A stretch of DNA of 64,000 bases, taken from assembly GCA_965202585.1 (NCBI GenBank), contig OZ241832.1, positions 52,576,001 to 52,640,000 on the forward strand, given 5' to 3'. Made by a program: the position numbers and the translations under genes. The stretch is from Thalia democratica. Lineage: Eukaryota. Below the pieces are notes generated by a model. That model saw only the letters and a program-made list of their open reading frames with translations, ran no database searches and was not told where the DNA came from. Of this stretch, positions 22,401 to 34,908 are shown piece by piece (the stretch's first letter is position 1; each line of letters begins with the position of its first letter).

Positions 22401-23197
22401 ACAAATCAACTTTAAACTAAGAAAACGGTTTAAACTATAAAATTTAAAAACAGTAAAAGTAGCTTGCAAAGTTGTTGTAGAAGAAAAATCAACGTTTATG
22501 TCAAACATTTTTTCCTACATCAACATCACTAATATTTACTTAGCAGTAAAAAAGCTGGATCTAACAGAAAAGTTAAACTTCCTAGCAGTATACATCTAGA
22601 AGTAGCGAATAAACACATCAAAAGAGCTTTCAAGGTCGAATTTATTTTTCAAAGATTTGTTATGAAACCAAAAATCTACAAGTTTAAGTGTGAACAAGAG
22701 CCTTCTGACTAAAAAGAAGATTGACTTCTAAAAGCAGCGTAAGCTTGAGAGTTTACGTTCGAAAAAAATAAAAGAAACGTTACTGTTTCAACTTCAAACA
22801 TAGACATAAGAGCTGTTTGTCGTTAATAAAAGAGTTAAAGTTGTCGGGATCAAGCCGAATATCTGTTTAGAAGAAAAAGATCAATTTCTCCCAAATCCTA
22901 GTTTGTGGATCCGGTAGATCACTATATGAATAGTTTTGCTTATTATTACTTTTAAATTTGAAAAAGTTTAAATTTGTGCTATTTTACACTTTGGCGCAGC
23001 AAATAGATATATTTATTTAATAAAACAATAATAAATAGCTAACTTAATTTAATAAAATAACAAAAAAAAAATCTATAATAAATCAACAAAAAGTATTGAT
23101 TTAAAAAAAACAAACGTATTATTACGTCAGCCGACGATTTATGGCGAAAAATAAATAGTTAAAATCTTTATAAAATATCATTGACATTGAAAACAAA

Positions 23198-25567
23198 ATG
23201 GATCTGAACAAAATAATTTACTCGGCATTAAAAGAAATTAAGGAGGAAAAAGCCAAAGATAAACTGAACAAGATCACCTATCAGAAGGTAAACATGTCTA
23301 GTGATAACACAAATATTAAGCCAAGATTTAGGAGGTATAAAATTAAGGGGAGATCAAAAATTAATGGAACATTGACTGATGCCGATTTGATTAATTCTTT
23401 TAGTAATAGCTACAAAAGTAAAGTTTTAAAACATGTACAAGCTTATCCGGTTAAGTCACAAAACGTGAAAAACAAAGACTTTTTTTCCGATGACGACGTT
23501 AGCTTGAAAGACAGATTCAAGCTAAAATTCAAGTCTTTGGAGATTCCAGCTACGATAGTGGAAGAGAGTGAAGCAGATTTGAAAAAAGCATCTTTTGAAC
23601 AGGATAACGAAATTTCTAACAATGAACTTTCAAATAGTATGGTCAACTATGGTGCTTCAACCAGTAAAACAAGCAATAATGAAACATTAGAAGAGCAGAC
23701 AGAAGTTTGGGATCAAGTAAATAGAGATTTTATTAGCAACTTGCCAGAATGCAAAGTTGTAGAAGACACTTTCTTTTTAAATAAAGCAAACGAAGGATTT
23801 GATAATTTCAGTGGTTCGGACGAAAATGGAAAAGTTAGAACTGAAACAGAAATCAAGTCAGTTGAAATGTGTAACAAGGTAAATGACAACAAAGACATAA
23901 AAAATGAAAAATCGCCTAAACTAACAAAAAACTTGCCGGAGTGCAAGGTTGTAGACGACAGCTTCTTTTCAAATAAGAAGAAACAAAGATTGTCTGATTT
24001 AAGTGGTGCTGAAGTAAATGATAATTTGGCGGGAAAAAATGTGGCGGAAACTGAAATTAACTCAATTGAAGTATGTAACAAGATGATTACTGGCGTAGAA
24101 ATGAAAAATGATAAAACTTCTGAAATAACACTTAACTCTGGTACATCACTGGGGGTTAGTAAAACAGACAATAATGGAGGTGGCGTTTTAGAAGAGCAGA
24201 CAGATGTTTTGGACAAAGTAAACAGACATTTTATTCGCAGCTTGCCAGAATGTAAACGTATTGATGCCAGCTTCTTTTTAAATAAGGCTGGTGAAGAATT
24301 GTCTGATTTCATTGGTGCGATTAACAAAAAGACGGAAAAAAGTGAAACAGAAGTCAGCTCAGTTGAGGTTGAAGCAAGTAACAGGATAATTGATAATAAA
24401 CACACAAAAAATGAGAAGTCGCTTGAAATAACAAATAATTTACCGGAATGTAAAGTTGTTGATGACACCTTCTTTTTTAAAAAGACAAATGAAGGATTAA
24501 ATGGTGCTGACGTGAATAACAAAATGATGGGAAAAACAGAAATCAATGACAATTCTGTAGAAATATGTAAAAGTGTAATTGCTGACAAAAATGAGAAGTT
24601 TTCTGAAAAGTCAGATGACAATGGATTTAGTCAAGGTGTTTTTTTTGTAAAAGAAACTGAAAAAGAAATACAAAAAGAAGAACATGTAACGGTCGATCAT
24701 AAAAATCTGAAGACAGAAAATTGTGAAAACGAACTGTTAGATAGTTTAGCTGGAAAAATAACAATTGACTTGTTTGAAAATATTATTAAAAGCAATGTAG
24801 ATTATAAAAAAGTAGTACTAAAAGATAAAGAATACAGCAATAAAAGTGATAAAGTTATTGAAGAACATACAATCGAAAACACTCCATCTGTAATTGAAAT
24901 AACTGAAAAGCTCGAAAAAGATACCGGAAGTTCAAAAAAAGCTGCTGATAGCATCATACCTGTTTCTGACAGTTTCAATTCAGAAGAAAACATAACAAGT
25001 TGTGAGGCGAAAACAACAAATGAGCTTGGTGAGTTTGAAGGTGGTTTGTTAGTTGAGAAAGAGATAAATGAAAAAGAAGAAACGAAACTTTCCAACGGAG
25101 ACTGCTCTTCACTGAAGCAAAATGGTGGCGAATGCTGCAGTTCAGTGGACAGTTTAGTTGAGTCTGTAACCAATGAAATAATTAAAACAGAAACAAAAAA
25201 GGTTAATAACATGACACCAATGAAAAGCCACTTGTTCGAAATCTATCAAGAACTTGACGAGGACGATTGTGAGTTCTTCACAGCAACAAACAACAAAATA
25301 ACCAGCCATGAGTCTACTGCAACCAATAGTTCAAATTCCAAGAAAGATTCTCCCACCAGATCAAACAAAACTCGAACAAAACTTATAAATTTAAAAAAAC
25401 GACGCAATAGAGTCTTTCCAACCGCTGAAGCTCCCAAAGCGGAAAATAAGTCAAAAAGTTTGTTCTCAAGAAGCTGCAGAAATATGAAAAGATCTTTCAA
25501 AATATTGAAAGAAAGCTTTATCAATTCTTTCACCTACAGCCCGCCTTTTTCATGCTTTATGAATTAA
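23198..25567 (+). CDS. Uncharacterised 789-aa acidic low-complexity protein with internal repeats
   Basis: 2370-bp uninterrupted ORF in very AT-rich DNA, four LPECK(V/R)(V/I)(D/E).(T/S)FF repeats, AATAAA at 25660. No recognisable domain. Confidence 0.7.
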   Translation: MDLNKIIYSALKEIKEEKAKDKLNKITYQKVNMSSDNTNIKPRFRRYKIKGRSKINGTLTDADLINSFSNSYKSKVLKHVQAYPVKSQNVKNKDFFSDDDVSLKDRFKLKFKSLEIPATIVEESEADLKKASFEQDNEISNNELSNSMVNYGASTSKTSNNETLEEQTEVWDQVNRDFISNLPECKVVEDTFFLNKANEGFDNFSGSDENGKVRTETEIKSVEMCNKVNDNKDIKNEKSPKLTKNLPECKVVDDSFFSNKKKQRLSDLSGAEVNDNLAGKNVAETEINSIEVCNKMITGVEMKNDKTSEITLNSGTSLGVSKTDNNGGGVLEEQTDVLDKVNRHFIRSLPECKRIDASFFLNKAGEELSDFIGAINKKTEKSETEVSSVEVEASNRIIDNKHTKNEKSLEITNNLPECKVVDDTFFFKKTNEGLNGADVNNKMMGKTEINDNSVEICKSVIADKNEKFSEKSDDNGFSQGVFFVKETEKEIQKEEHVTVDHKNLKTENCENELLDSLAGKITIDLFENIIKSNVDYKKVVLKDKEYSNKSDKVIEEHTIENTPSVIEITEKLEKDTGSSKKAADSIIPVSDSFNSEENITSCEAKTTNELGEFEGGLLVEKEINEKEETKLSNGDCSSLKQNGGECCSSVDSLVESVTNEIIKTETKKVNNMTPMKSHLFEIYQELDEDDCEFFTATNNKITSHESTATNSSNSKKDSPTRSNKTRTKLINLKKRRNRVFPTAEAPKAENKSKSLFSRSCRNMKRSFKILKESFINSFTYSPPFSCFMN

Positions 25568-27954
25568 AATTACTTTCCTTGATCAACAAAAACTTTTTCT
25601 TAGGATTTAACGCTTTTAACTGAATTTGCCTGCAACTGGTGAATTTGGTTTTCTTGCCTAATAAAAGTTACTTGACTGCTACAAAAGCTTGCAAGTTTTC
25701 AAGTAAAATTGAGTTCTAAGTAAGCACCAAAGACGTGAATATATCTTAAAAGACGAAACATATTTGTTACAAATTGAAATAACAAGAATTGATTCATATC
25801 AATGACAGTTTTCAGGAATATCATTGACCTACAAGCCAGAAAGGTTTGAGTGAATAAGAAAATTCTATTTTGGAACCAAACTGGTTTTTTGGCATGAAAA
25901 AAAAAAAAACGAGTTTAACAATAAAAATTATTTTGAAATTGTTTTAAAAACACAGGCAAAAAGTAACACAAGATCCAACAAAATTCTAATACCAATCCGA
26001 ACTCTAGCTGTTAAACATTTGACTTGAAAATTTAATTAAATACAAATTTTAAACTTTTGTGTTATGTTCAAGAACAGTTTTATAAACTATTAAACTTATT
26101 ATAGACAAAATCTTTAATGTTTAATGTTAGTAAAACATACTGTTATGCGTAAATTATACGAAACATTTTCATGTGAGCTAAAATATTTGTAACCATATGT
26201 TTTCAAGAGCGTAACGTTAAGTTTAACTTGAATTTCTGAGCAGTGTAGGTTTACGAAACACTTTATTATTATTTAAAAATTTTTTGAAAATCACCTATAC
26301 TTTTTAAAACTGAATTCACACGGTTGAGTCGTTTTAATTGCAAGTTAACAAATATAATGCAGCAATAATCCCTTGACTTGAAAAAAATTTATGAAAATAA
26401 TAACCTTTTGTTAACAAACTGGTTTTAGATTGTTTATGATCATCCACTTTATTACATAATCATAAAATCCTGAAGGGGAGTTGAAACACGTGTAAAAGAG
26501 TCTTTGTTATTTTAGTTTTTAAGTATAAAAATAGTTTATTGCGATAAACATATTATGCATATCGATTTATTAAGAGTTTTAAACTTTTGGTAAAATCTGT
26601 TTTTTTTTTGATTTAGTCGACATTTGAAGTATTAGTATTGTTGTAAATTTATTTGCTGAAAACCTATAATTCAAATAACATAACTTTTTTATAAAGTTAT
26701 TTATTTTATACTTTTTTTTATTAAACTCTTTTTATACACGACAACTTTTTAGATTTAAATGAAAGTTTTTGTTTATTTTGCAAACTAAGTTTGTTAGTTT
26801 CTTATGTTGTAATAAATACGTAAATTTTTTTACGGTTACATCGATTTTAAAGAATTTTTAAATGAACCTTACGTATCCATACGAAAACAGGTGTTATAAA
26901 TCTTTATTCAAATGCAATACAGCAGTCATTAAAGCCTTATATATGTTAATGTTATTATTTTGTTAGTAAAGTATTGTTTTAAGTAGAATTGCCATAACTT
27001 GTGTATTTGTTATTTTATTAAAGTGCTTATTCTCTGGCTTCCCTTACTTAAGTTATTGTGTGTTTGATACTGACAAGTGTATGTTACTGGTATTCAAAAA
27101 GCTTCGCTTTCTTCAAAATTTTATTCAAAAAATATTTTACTAAATTTTAAAACTAACGCCGTAATATATCTAAGGTTTATGATGCTATAGTTTGTTTGTT
27201 TTTATTCTACTATATGACTGTTATCATTATCAAAATATTTTTTTAGTACACATAATATTGACAACAAACTAGATACTGCATTTAACTTTAAAAAAAAAAG
27301 TCTGTTTTTTAGAAAGACTTAACTGAGTTAATATAAATTTACTCAATGCATTGTTGCATGAAGTAAATGCTACATATATTGCTTGTTTTAAGTTAAAAGT
27401 ATTTTGAAATTAAAAAAGTTAGTAAAATTATTAAATCTTAAGAGAAATACCTTATAAAGTTACTGAAAGTTCAACAATCTAGTATTTTAACCGCAAGCTT
27501 TAAAATTAGTCTTTATTTATTCTGAGTATGCAGACAAAACTAACTACCGAATCTTTTTATTTTTATCCAAATAACATTCAATCAATTTCTCTATCTCTTT
27601 AAATATTCACATAAGGATTGTTAAATAGCTTTCCAGAAAAAAATACAAACTAACTTGAGTTAGTCAACCCTCATCACAACTGCATATTAGGAAGATAAAA
27701 AAGCAAAAGTTTTATTATAATTTATTAGTATGCAATTTTTAACGAGTAAGCAGATAGCAATTATGAAGCATTGAGAATAAAATCCGACACTAAAAACCAA
27801 CCAATGACATGAAAATTTATAACTTGTCAAAAGTAAAACCATTGAGAAAGCATCGCCACTCAAATTGAGGTTTTACAATTTAATAGGTTGTAAACAAGTT
27901 TTTCAGAAGCTGGCAATGTTTTCAAAAGCTAGAAACAATAAAAGCGCTACTTAC

Positions 27955-28008
27955 TTTCAAACGAAGGCTCACGATCGGCTTAATAAGCTTGTTTAGGTCT
28001 TCAAAACT
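27955..28008 (-). other. Candidate 54-bp symmetric coding exon
   Basis: TTACACAG| AGT TTT GAA...TTG AAA |GTAAGTAG; open in phase 0 (SFEDLNKLIKPIVSLRLK); locally CpG-enriched. Confidence 0.3.
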
Positions 28009-28752
28009 CTGTGTAACTGACTAAATGCTTACTTTGCAAAAAAATAAATTTTGAAAAAAGAAAGCAAAAATATTTAATTTGTCAGAACTATATATGGTTC
28101 GGCATTTAAAACACTTGAAAAAACGAAATGTTTATATATACAACATTTGTATTGTTTCAGTTTAGCTTTAGAAATATAAAAAACAAAGTTATTCATTTTT
28201 ATTTTTAAATCATCTTAAAAGTTGTATTTTAAGTATTAAAAATATTTTTTTACAATTTTAACTCATTTTAAAGGCTACATTTATATGGCAAACAAATTCA
28301 AAGTTAATTTTAAACCAAATCTAATCATATTATCTACTCAATGACAATTTTGAATATACATCAAGTTTACTATCAAGAACACACTTTACTTTTGTGTCAT
28401 TTATCATTGCAGATACTTTTTTCTGAATAAATAAAATAAAATTTTATACCAATAAGTAGAAGATTTTAAGTTTGCAACTAGCGATTAACACATTTAAAAA
28501 ACAACTTTATAATTTTCAAATAGTCAGATTAATACTTAATGTATATTCAAAAATTTTGTTTCAAGTAATTATTTTTAAGAAAAATTATCATACAGGTTGT
28601 TAATATCTTAAATACTGTAGCGAGGCAAAACAAATTTACCAAATTATCAAAATGTTAAATTGTATAGATCTAAACAATATCTTGAAACAACTATCAGTCT
28701 GTATTTAAGCACTAAAATAAGGCTCGACTTATAATTCAGATTTTTTCATCAG

Positions 28753-29241
28753 CTATCTGCCTTCTTCGTCGTTCGATAAAACTTCTTCTTTTATTGCTTT
28801 GGGCGTGGCAATCTTGTGCATTTGGAAAAACTCCTGCGCGTTTTCAGCCGAATCCGCCGGTGACATTTTCACTCTGGGCTGCATTTCCCTGATGCTGGTC
28901 AGAAAGCACGTCTTCAGCTTCGGGCTGACCAGCAAACCCTCTTTGAATATGTCCAGGACGCTGACCTTGACGCGGCTTGGGTCGTACTCGCCGAGCACGA
29001 CTTTGTTGGAGGACCTGCGCGCCCTCGCGTCCTTTTTCACTTTGGGGGATTTTCTTTTGGGGTAGATGTTGTACAAGCGCCTGAGCAAGGTTTCTTTTTC
29101 TTCCGTCTTCAAGTAATCAATGGTTTTCTGGTCTCGTTCGACTTTTTGGAAGATCTCCGTGATGTTTTGGATCTCGAGAATTTCAGGGGTCATAGAATTC
29201 ATCTCTGTTTTGTGATCAACTGTTTTTTTAGAGGCAACCAT
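28753..29241 (-). CDS. Uncharacterised 162-aa basic protein
   Basis: ORF coincides with a GC/CpG-enriched island. NAGNAG acceptor (TTTTTATAGCAG) 25 nt before the ATG and a strong upstream donor AAA|GTAAGG at 29673. Confidence 0.5.
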   Translation of the reverse strand: MVASKKTVDHKTEMNSMTPEILEIQNITEIFQKVERDQKTIDYLKTEEKETLLRRLYNIYPKRKSPKVKKDARARRSSNKVVLGEYDPSRVKVSVLDIFKEGLLVSPKLKTCFLTSIREMQPRVKMSPADSAENAQEFFQMHKIATPKAIKEEVLSNDEEGR

Positions 29242-29879
29242 ATTTAAAATTGTTAAGAGTATTTTTCTGCTATAAAAAGTAGAGTTTTTAAATACAATAT
29301 GATAAATATTTAGCTTAGTTGGGTTAGGTTAATTCTTAAAATAACTTTTTTAATATTGTAGATGAAAACGAAATGAAATCTAAAGTATTGGTATAAACTA
29401 TTACAAACGTGTTACTAAGTTTTAAACTTTATTATTTATAATTGTTAATGTAAGTAAATTTTAGAATATATATTAATAGTTCCAACAAGGAAAACACAGT
29501 CATATTGAACAGTATATAAAACAGAGTTTGAAAGCTTGTAAATAAAAACATATATTAAAATTTTCATATAACAATATTTATGTTTTCATGTTTGTAATAT
29601 AATTTTTGGTTATCTCAAACTCTTGCAGTCAAACGAGCAAAATAGCTGAGGCAATACCAATACGGTTCCTTACTTTCATCAACAAACTTATCATATCAAA
29701 AGAGCGTTTCTCTGAAAATATTATTTTGTCTTGACCAGCATTTTCGTCTTGACAGCGCACTTCTTGAAGAACAAACTTAGTTTTATTTTCAGTTGTAGTG
29801 TTTATAATTAGTCAAGTGTTTTTATTTGAGTGTAAAATATTTATTTAGAAAATTCTGTGGTAAAAAATATTAAACCATC

Positions 29880-30184
29880 AAAAAAATTACAATTTTATGA
29901 AAAAAAAAAGTTTTTTGTTTATATTTTTAATATAATCTTTATTTTTGAACTTTTTTTGTCAGAATTTTCTTAATATTGCAAGTAACATTTCCTGAAAGTT
30001 TGAGGTATTTATCTCAAAAAATGTAGAAGGTAGATTTCGAATGAACTAGTCTTTTTGTAGTTTGCGCCTCCCATAAGGAACTTATTGTTGTCTCTGACTT
30101 TGACCTGCTCTATCTCAAAAATTTGTAAAAAGAAACTTATAGCTTAGTTAAAACTGTAAAAAAGTGATTCATCCCCCTATGCCC
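29880..30184. mobile_element. Right-end fragment of the TTAA/GGGCATA element family
   Basis: Ends CCCCCTATGCCC at 30184. Shares AGAAG.TAGATTT, ATCTCAAAAA and TAGCTTAGTTAAA with the 16451 copy. Confidence 0.5.
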
Positions 30185-30369
30185 TTTACATAATTTCTTT
30201 ATGTATCTTTTTTAGTAACAGTCAACTAGTTCAATTTAGTCTATCTAAGATTTTATAATATAATTTTTATACAATACTAGTAATTTCTAGTTATTAGATA
30301 AAAATGAGTTTCACTTAAGATACATTAATGTTTGTACAGTAGGTCTTCTAAAAAAATATCGAAAAAATT

Positions 30370-31003
30370 GTCTTGCAGCATCTTGAATGCATGAAAACTG
30401 ACAGAGTAGATAGTTATAGCTCTTTAGTAAAACAAGCAGAAGCTCCTAGCAAAAATTTGGATTTAAAAAAACACACTTCAAAAGTACTGATAAATTGTGT
30501 TCAACCTATACATTAAAATCCATAAATCACCACCTCTGGTATCTTGCTGTAGAAATAGAGTTTGTTTGATAATGATACCATTCTGTCAGTTAACGCTAAG
30601 GTTTCTGATGCTTTTAATCATCAAATAAGACAGGATTAGATCAAGATCTTAAAAAAATAAAATTGAGTTACCTAAACTGCTTGTTTGTGCTACTGAGGAA
30701 AGAGAGAAAAGATTTAACAGACTTTGTTGGAAGTATTCAGTGTTATTTTAAAGTCCTAGGCTGCAATTATTCTTTTTTATATAGCCTGAAAAAAATGATT
30801 AACAACAAATATTACCTAGCATAAAGGCAATAAAGTAAATGATATGAGCATTGTCAACTTTATGAGAAAGATGTAAACTGTGCAGCAATTTTTTAACTTC
30901 TTCAAGAAATGAAGACATGTTCCAAGACAATCTTCAAGTTATCAAGGAGAATGAGAAAGAAGTGACAAACTTGAGAAATAAGAAAAACTTAAAACTAAAC
31001 TAG
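30370..31003 (+). pseudogene. Decayed DNA-transposase C-terminal region (hAT/hATm-like)
   Basis: Fragments NHHLWYLAVE (30525) and SIVN..(ERG)VKLCSNFLTSSRNEDMFQDNLQVIKENEKEVTNLR resemble the HLWYL and VNDxAERGVKL..FQxxLQV motifs recalled from hATm-type transposases. Many frameshifts. Confidence 0.5.
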
Positions 31004-31911
31004 TGTGAATTTTTTTTAATCAATTTGTTCTACTTTTGTTTTTAATAAAAATATCTACAACTATTTGTGATTTGAGTAACTTTTTAAGAGATAAAACTCT
31101 AATAATAATGAGTATTTAAAATACTTTTGTAGAACTGTACCAACAAATTATTAAAGTTATTGTAACCACTAAGTTTAAAATAAAGTAGACAAAAGGTAAA
31201 GAATAAATTTATGACCTCTTCTGTTAATCTTTTAAAAATTATTAAAATAAATTTACCAATACCATTAACTCATTTTTGGTAACAGCTAAGAGGATATTTT
31301 TTGTTATTTACACATTTGCCAAATTTTCAAACACTACTACAAATTTCTCATTTATGCTGAGCACCAGAAGTACCCAACAGTACATGTAGAAGTATTTTAT
31401 TTGAACTAATTCCGTTATAAAACAATGTTTTACTCTATTTTAGATCTTCAGTTTATATCAAATTTCTATTTAAGTAGAACGTGGTACATAGTTTTTAAAC
31501 CGAATTCTTTCATAAAAAACATTTTTATTTATCTCCTTGAACTTGAGTTAAGAACTCTTATTAAAACACCTAAAACCATACATATATAATTTAAAAATTT
31601 GTCAAGCACTAGACAAAAACAGTAAAATAATTGAAAGTTCAGTTTTTTTAATATTTCTTTAAATTATAAACAAGAAAACTATTTTTTTTTGTCTTACATA
31701 AATAAATAAAAATTAAATAAACTTTTAATAATCATTAAAAATCAAGGTTTTGAACAAAATTGGTTATCAAAATATTAAAGCTGAAACAACTAAATTTACT
31801 CAAGATGTAGAAAAAACCGACTGAGATTTTCAAAAAATGTGTGGCAATGGTGTAATTAGTAATGTTTATATAGTTTTGTCTATTGTTTTTGTTACTGGGA
31901 ACATTGCTTGT

Positions 31912-32200
31912 CAGGCTTGCAAAAAAGTTTGTTGAATTTTCTTCTAGTTTATTTAAAGAACAAGTTTTTTGGTTAATTTTTAGTAAAAAACTAAATTTAG
32001 ATAAAAAACTGTCTTAATTAGTATAACAACATTAAACAGATACTGTAAGTTATTTTAAAAGCTTTAAAATTATAAAAAACATAATTATTAATAGATCTTA
32101 GTGTATAGTCAAAATGTCATTACTTTACATGAAAAAATATTTTAAAATTCCGGTTTATCCCAGTTTTTTCCAGATTTCAAGGTTTTTCTGCAACCTTGCC
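31912..32200 (+). mobile_element. Degenerate copy of the 800-1210 MITE
   Basis: AAAACTG...TAGTATAACAACATT.AA.AGATACTGTAAG (32007) matches 895-940, and CCAG..TTCAAGGTTTT..GCAACC matches 1182-1208. Confidence 0.5.
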
Positions 32201-33346
32201 ATGTGCATGAAACACTTGTATATAAAAAGTGATACTAATAAACTCAAATGAAAGTAAAACTTTTTATTGAAATTTAACAGCAAAAATTAAACAAATAAAA
32301 TATTATTAAATGTTAGAAACTATGTAAAATAGCTAGAGTTCTACATTTAACTTTAATTGATCAGAACTGTTTAAGATACCAAAGTATTAAATGGTAGCCA
32401 AGTAATTAATAAAAACTCAATAACAAAATAAATTTATCACAAATAGTTTTAGCTAAATTTTTTGTAATAAATGTAGATGTAGCTTTAAATTTAAACCTGA
32501 GTTGCCAATCTTTACATGACAAAAAACTGTCCTGAGTCATTATAAGTTTTTTTTCAAGTTCTAAAAAAAATTCTTTATTTTTCAAAAATAAAATAAGCTA
32601 AAAAAAACAAGAATTAACTTTTTTGACAAAATTGTTAATAAAATAACAAAATATTGCTACTAACCTCATTCAAAATCTAAAAAAACTGTGTCAATATTTT
32701 ATAAAATCTTAAATCTATAAAGAGTATTTTATAAAAAAAACAAAATTAAATTTTGCCTGAGTTTATAAAACAAATCAAAATATTATATCCAACACAGAAT
32801 GTGGGTTATTTAACTTAATAAACTTGTATGGTTTTTATCATGAACTAAATCTTAAGTATTAGCTATATATAATAAAAGACAAACCTAGCTATAACTAAAT
32901 ATACTTAATTAAGCTTATTTTTTAAGCTACTTAAACTATCTGTATAAACTAGGCACAAAAAATGAGTGGTTTGGTTATCATTAAAGAAAATGTGCAAACA
33001 CTAATAATATACAAAGAACATCATACTTTACAAAGTACTTTTAATAGATTCAAAATTATTAAACACTGCTAAATCTAAATAAAAAAAATTTAAATTGTAT
33101 AAATTAAGATGATATATTTATTTTTTATAAGAACTAAACATTGATGATAAAAACTTTACTTAAGATTAATATAAAATAAAAACTTGTGACAGGATTCACT
33201 AATAACTTTTTTTTTTGAGCAAACAAGTAAAATATATTTCAGCTAACCCTTCTCAACTATTTTAGTAGGCAACTACAATTTAATTGAAATTAAATTTTGT
33301 GTAACTAAACAGTTATAGGTTACATCAGAAAATATTGTGTTAAGAA

Positions 33347-33592
33347 AATTAAACAAATTTAAGCAAAATTAATTAGAAATAGATTAACAGTTTAAAATTA
33401 CACAATTATAAATTAATTAGTAATTTAAGTAAGAAAAGCATACACCCAAAAATATAAGTAAAACAAACTATACTACATTTACTTATTTTGGTGTGTATGC
33501 TTTTCTGACTTAATAAATTACTAATTAATTTATAATTGTGTAATTATAAACTGCTAATCTATCTCTAATCAACTTTGCTTATTTTTAATTAA
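33347..33592. repeat. Imperfect inverted repeat, ~115-bp arms, 15-nt loop
   Basis: 33347-33462 pairs with 33478-33592; a central perfect run ATTACACAATTATAAATTAATTAGTAATTT. Confidence 0.85.
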
Positions 33593-33605
33593 TTTTATCA
33601 ATTGA

Positions 33606-33937
33606 AAGGGTTGCCACTCTTTGAGTCAAAAAATCTTCCCTGAGTGACCAGAAACTTCCCTGAGTTTTTATTCAAAACCTTTAAAATTTTATTATTAACT
33701 AAAAAATTACAATGTTAGTTCTAAGAATATTGAAGAACTAGCCGCAAGGCTAAAAAATTTCTAAATAAGCACTTAAAAAGAAATAAAATTAACTTTTTTG
33801 AACAAAATACTGAAAGATCTCTTTATAGATCTAGAAAAAATTTTCCCTGAGATTTAAAAAATTTTTTTTAAATTTTTCTGAAATTTTTAGAAGTAACCTA
33901 TACTGCCCAGAGTTCTCCTGAGTGTGTGGCAACCCTG
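33606..33937 (+). mobile_element. CAGGGTTGCCAC-family MITE
   Basis: AGGGTTGCCAC at 33607 and GTGGCAACCCTG at 33926-33937, with internal CCCTGAG repeats. Further fragments near 1808, 32500, 34620 and 42530. Confidence 0.65.
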
Positions 33938-34521
33938 AATTAAGTTTTTACTGATGAAACTATAACTGTTTATTTACTCAAAATTTAATTTTGAAACTGT
34001 TTGCTAACAAAAGTAGTTGATTATGGTTAGCTGAAATATATTTTCCTTGTTTGCTTAATAAAAATGTTTTTGATTGAATTTTGTCTCTAGTTTTTGTTTA
34101 ATATATGTATTACTGAAAAGGTTTTTAAAATGATATAATAAAAATATCAATTTTTTTTTGGTAAAAATTTCTGGATCTAAGTATTTACAGTTGCACTGGC
34201 ACAAGGTTCAAGCTTGAATGTGTGTATACTCTGAAACTGACGTTTATATATAGCAGTGCATAGTCCATCAAAAATTGCATCAGTAGTCACAGGAGTTATG
34301 AGAAATGAACTTCTATTAACTATTTTTGGGGAGCTACTCTTAAATGATTGAATGAATTTTGTGGGATATTTTTTTATGGTTAACAAACATCAGTCTCAAA
34401 ATTTCAAACTAGCAACTTGCAACAACCAAGTAATAAGCTTGTAAGCTTTAAAAAACGGTTAGTCTGGTATAAATTGATATCTGCTACAACATCCTGAGTT
34501 ATTATATTTCCTGGACAAGGG

Positions 34522-34575
34522 GTTAAAAGGTATCCGTGGTGTGCAACTTGATAATTAAAAGGTTCTTTGTGCACC
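34522..34575. repeat. Dispersed short repeat (other copies 62888-62942 inverted, 39013-39049 partial)
   Basis: GTTAAAAGGTATCCGTGGTGTGC...GTGCACC is shared with the reverse complement of 62888-62942. Confidence 0.75.
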
Positions 34576-34908
34576 AAATCCCAGGACCAGGACCAAATAT
34601 TTTGAGCTATTTTTTTTGTTGTTCAATAAGCTATTCTGAGCTGTCCTGAGATTTCAAAAAACTTTAGAATATCCTGAGTGTGTAACAATGTTAAACTAGT
34701 ATGCTATTTTAGTTAATTAAAAACTAAAAATAAAATATATCCAATAAGAAAATATTTAGAAAAGAAATACATACATAAATTTTTATTTTAAGTTAAATAC
34801 ATCAATAAATAGAACATTAATTTACTGAAAATGTATAATTAAAACATGCTTATAAGTTTTACAATAATATTAACTTTAACCTATAATCAGGGTTTATTAT
34901 TAACAATG

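Noticed and set aside
23443-25533. Minus-strand ORFs opposite the 789-aa gene
   Set aside because: Antisense shadows (S/F/L-rich) of an E/K/N-rich coding strand.
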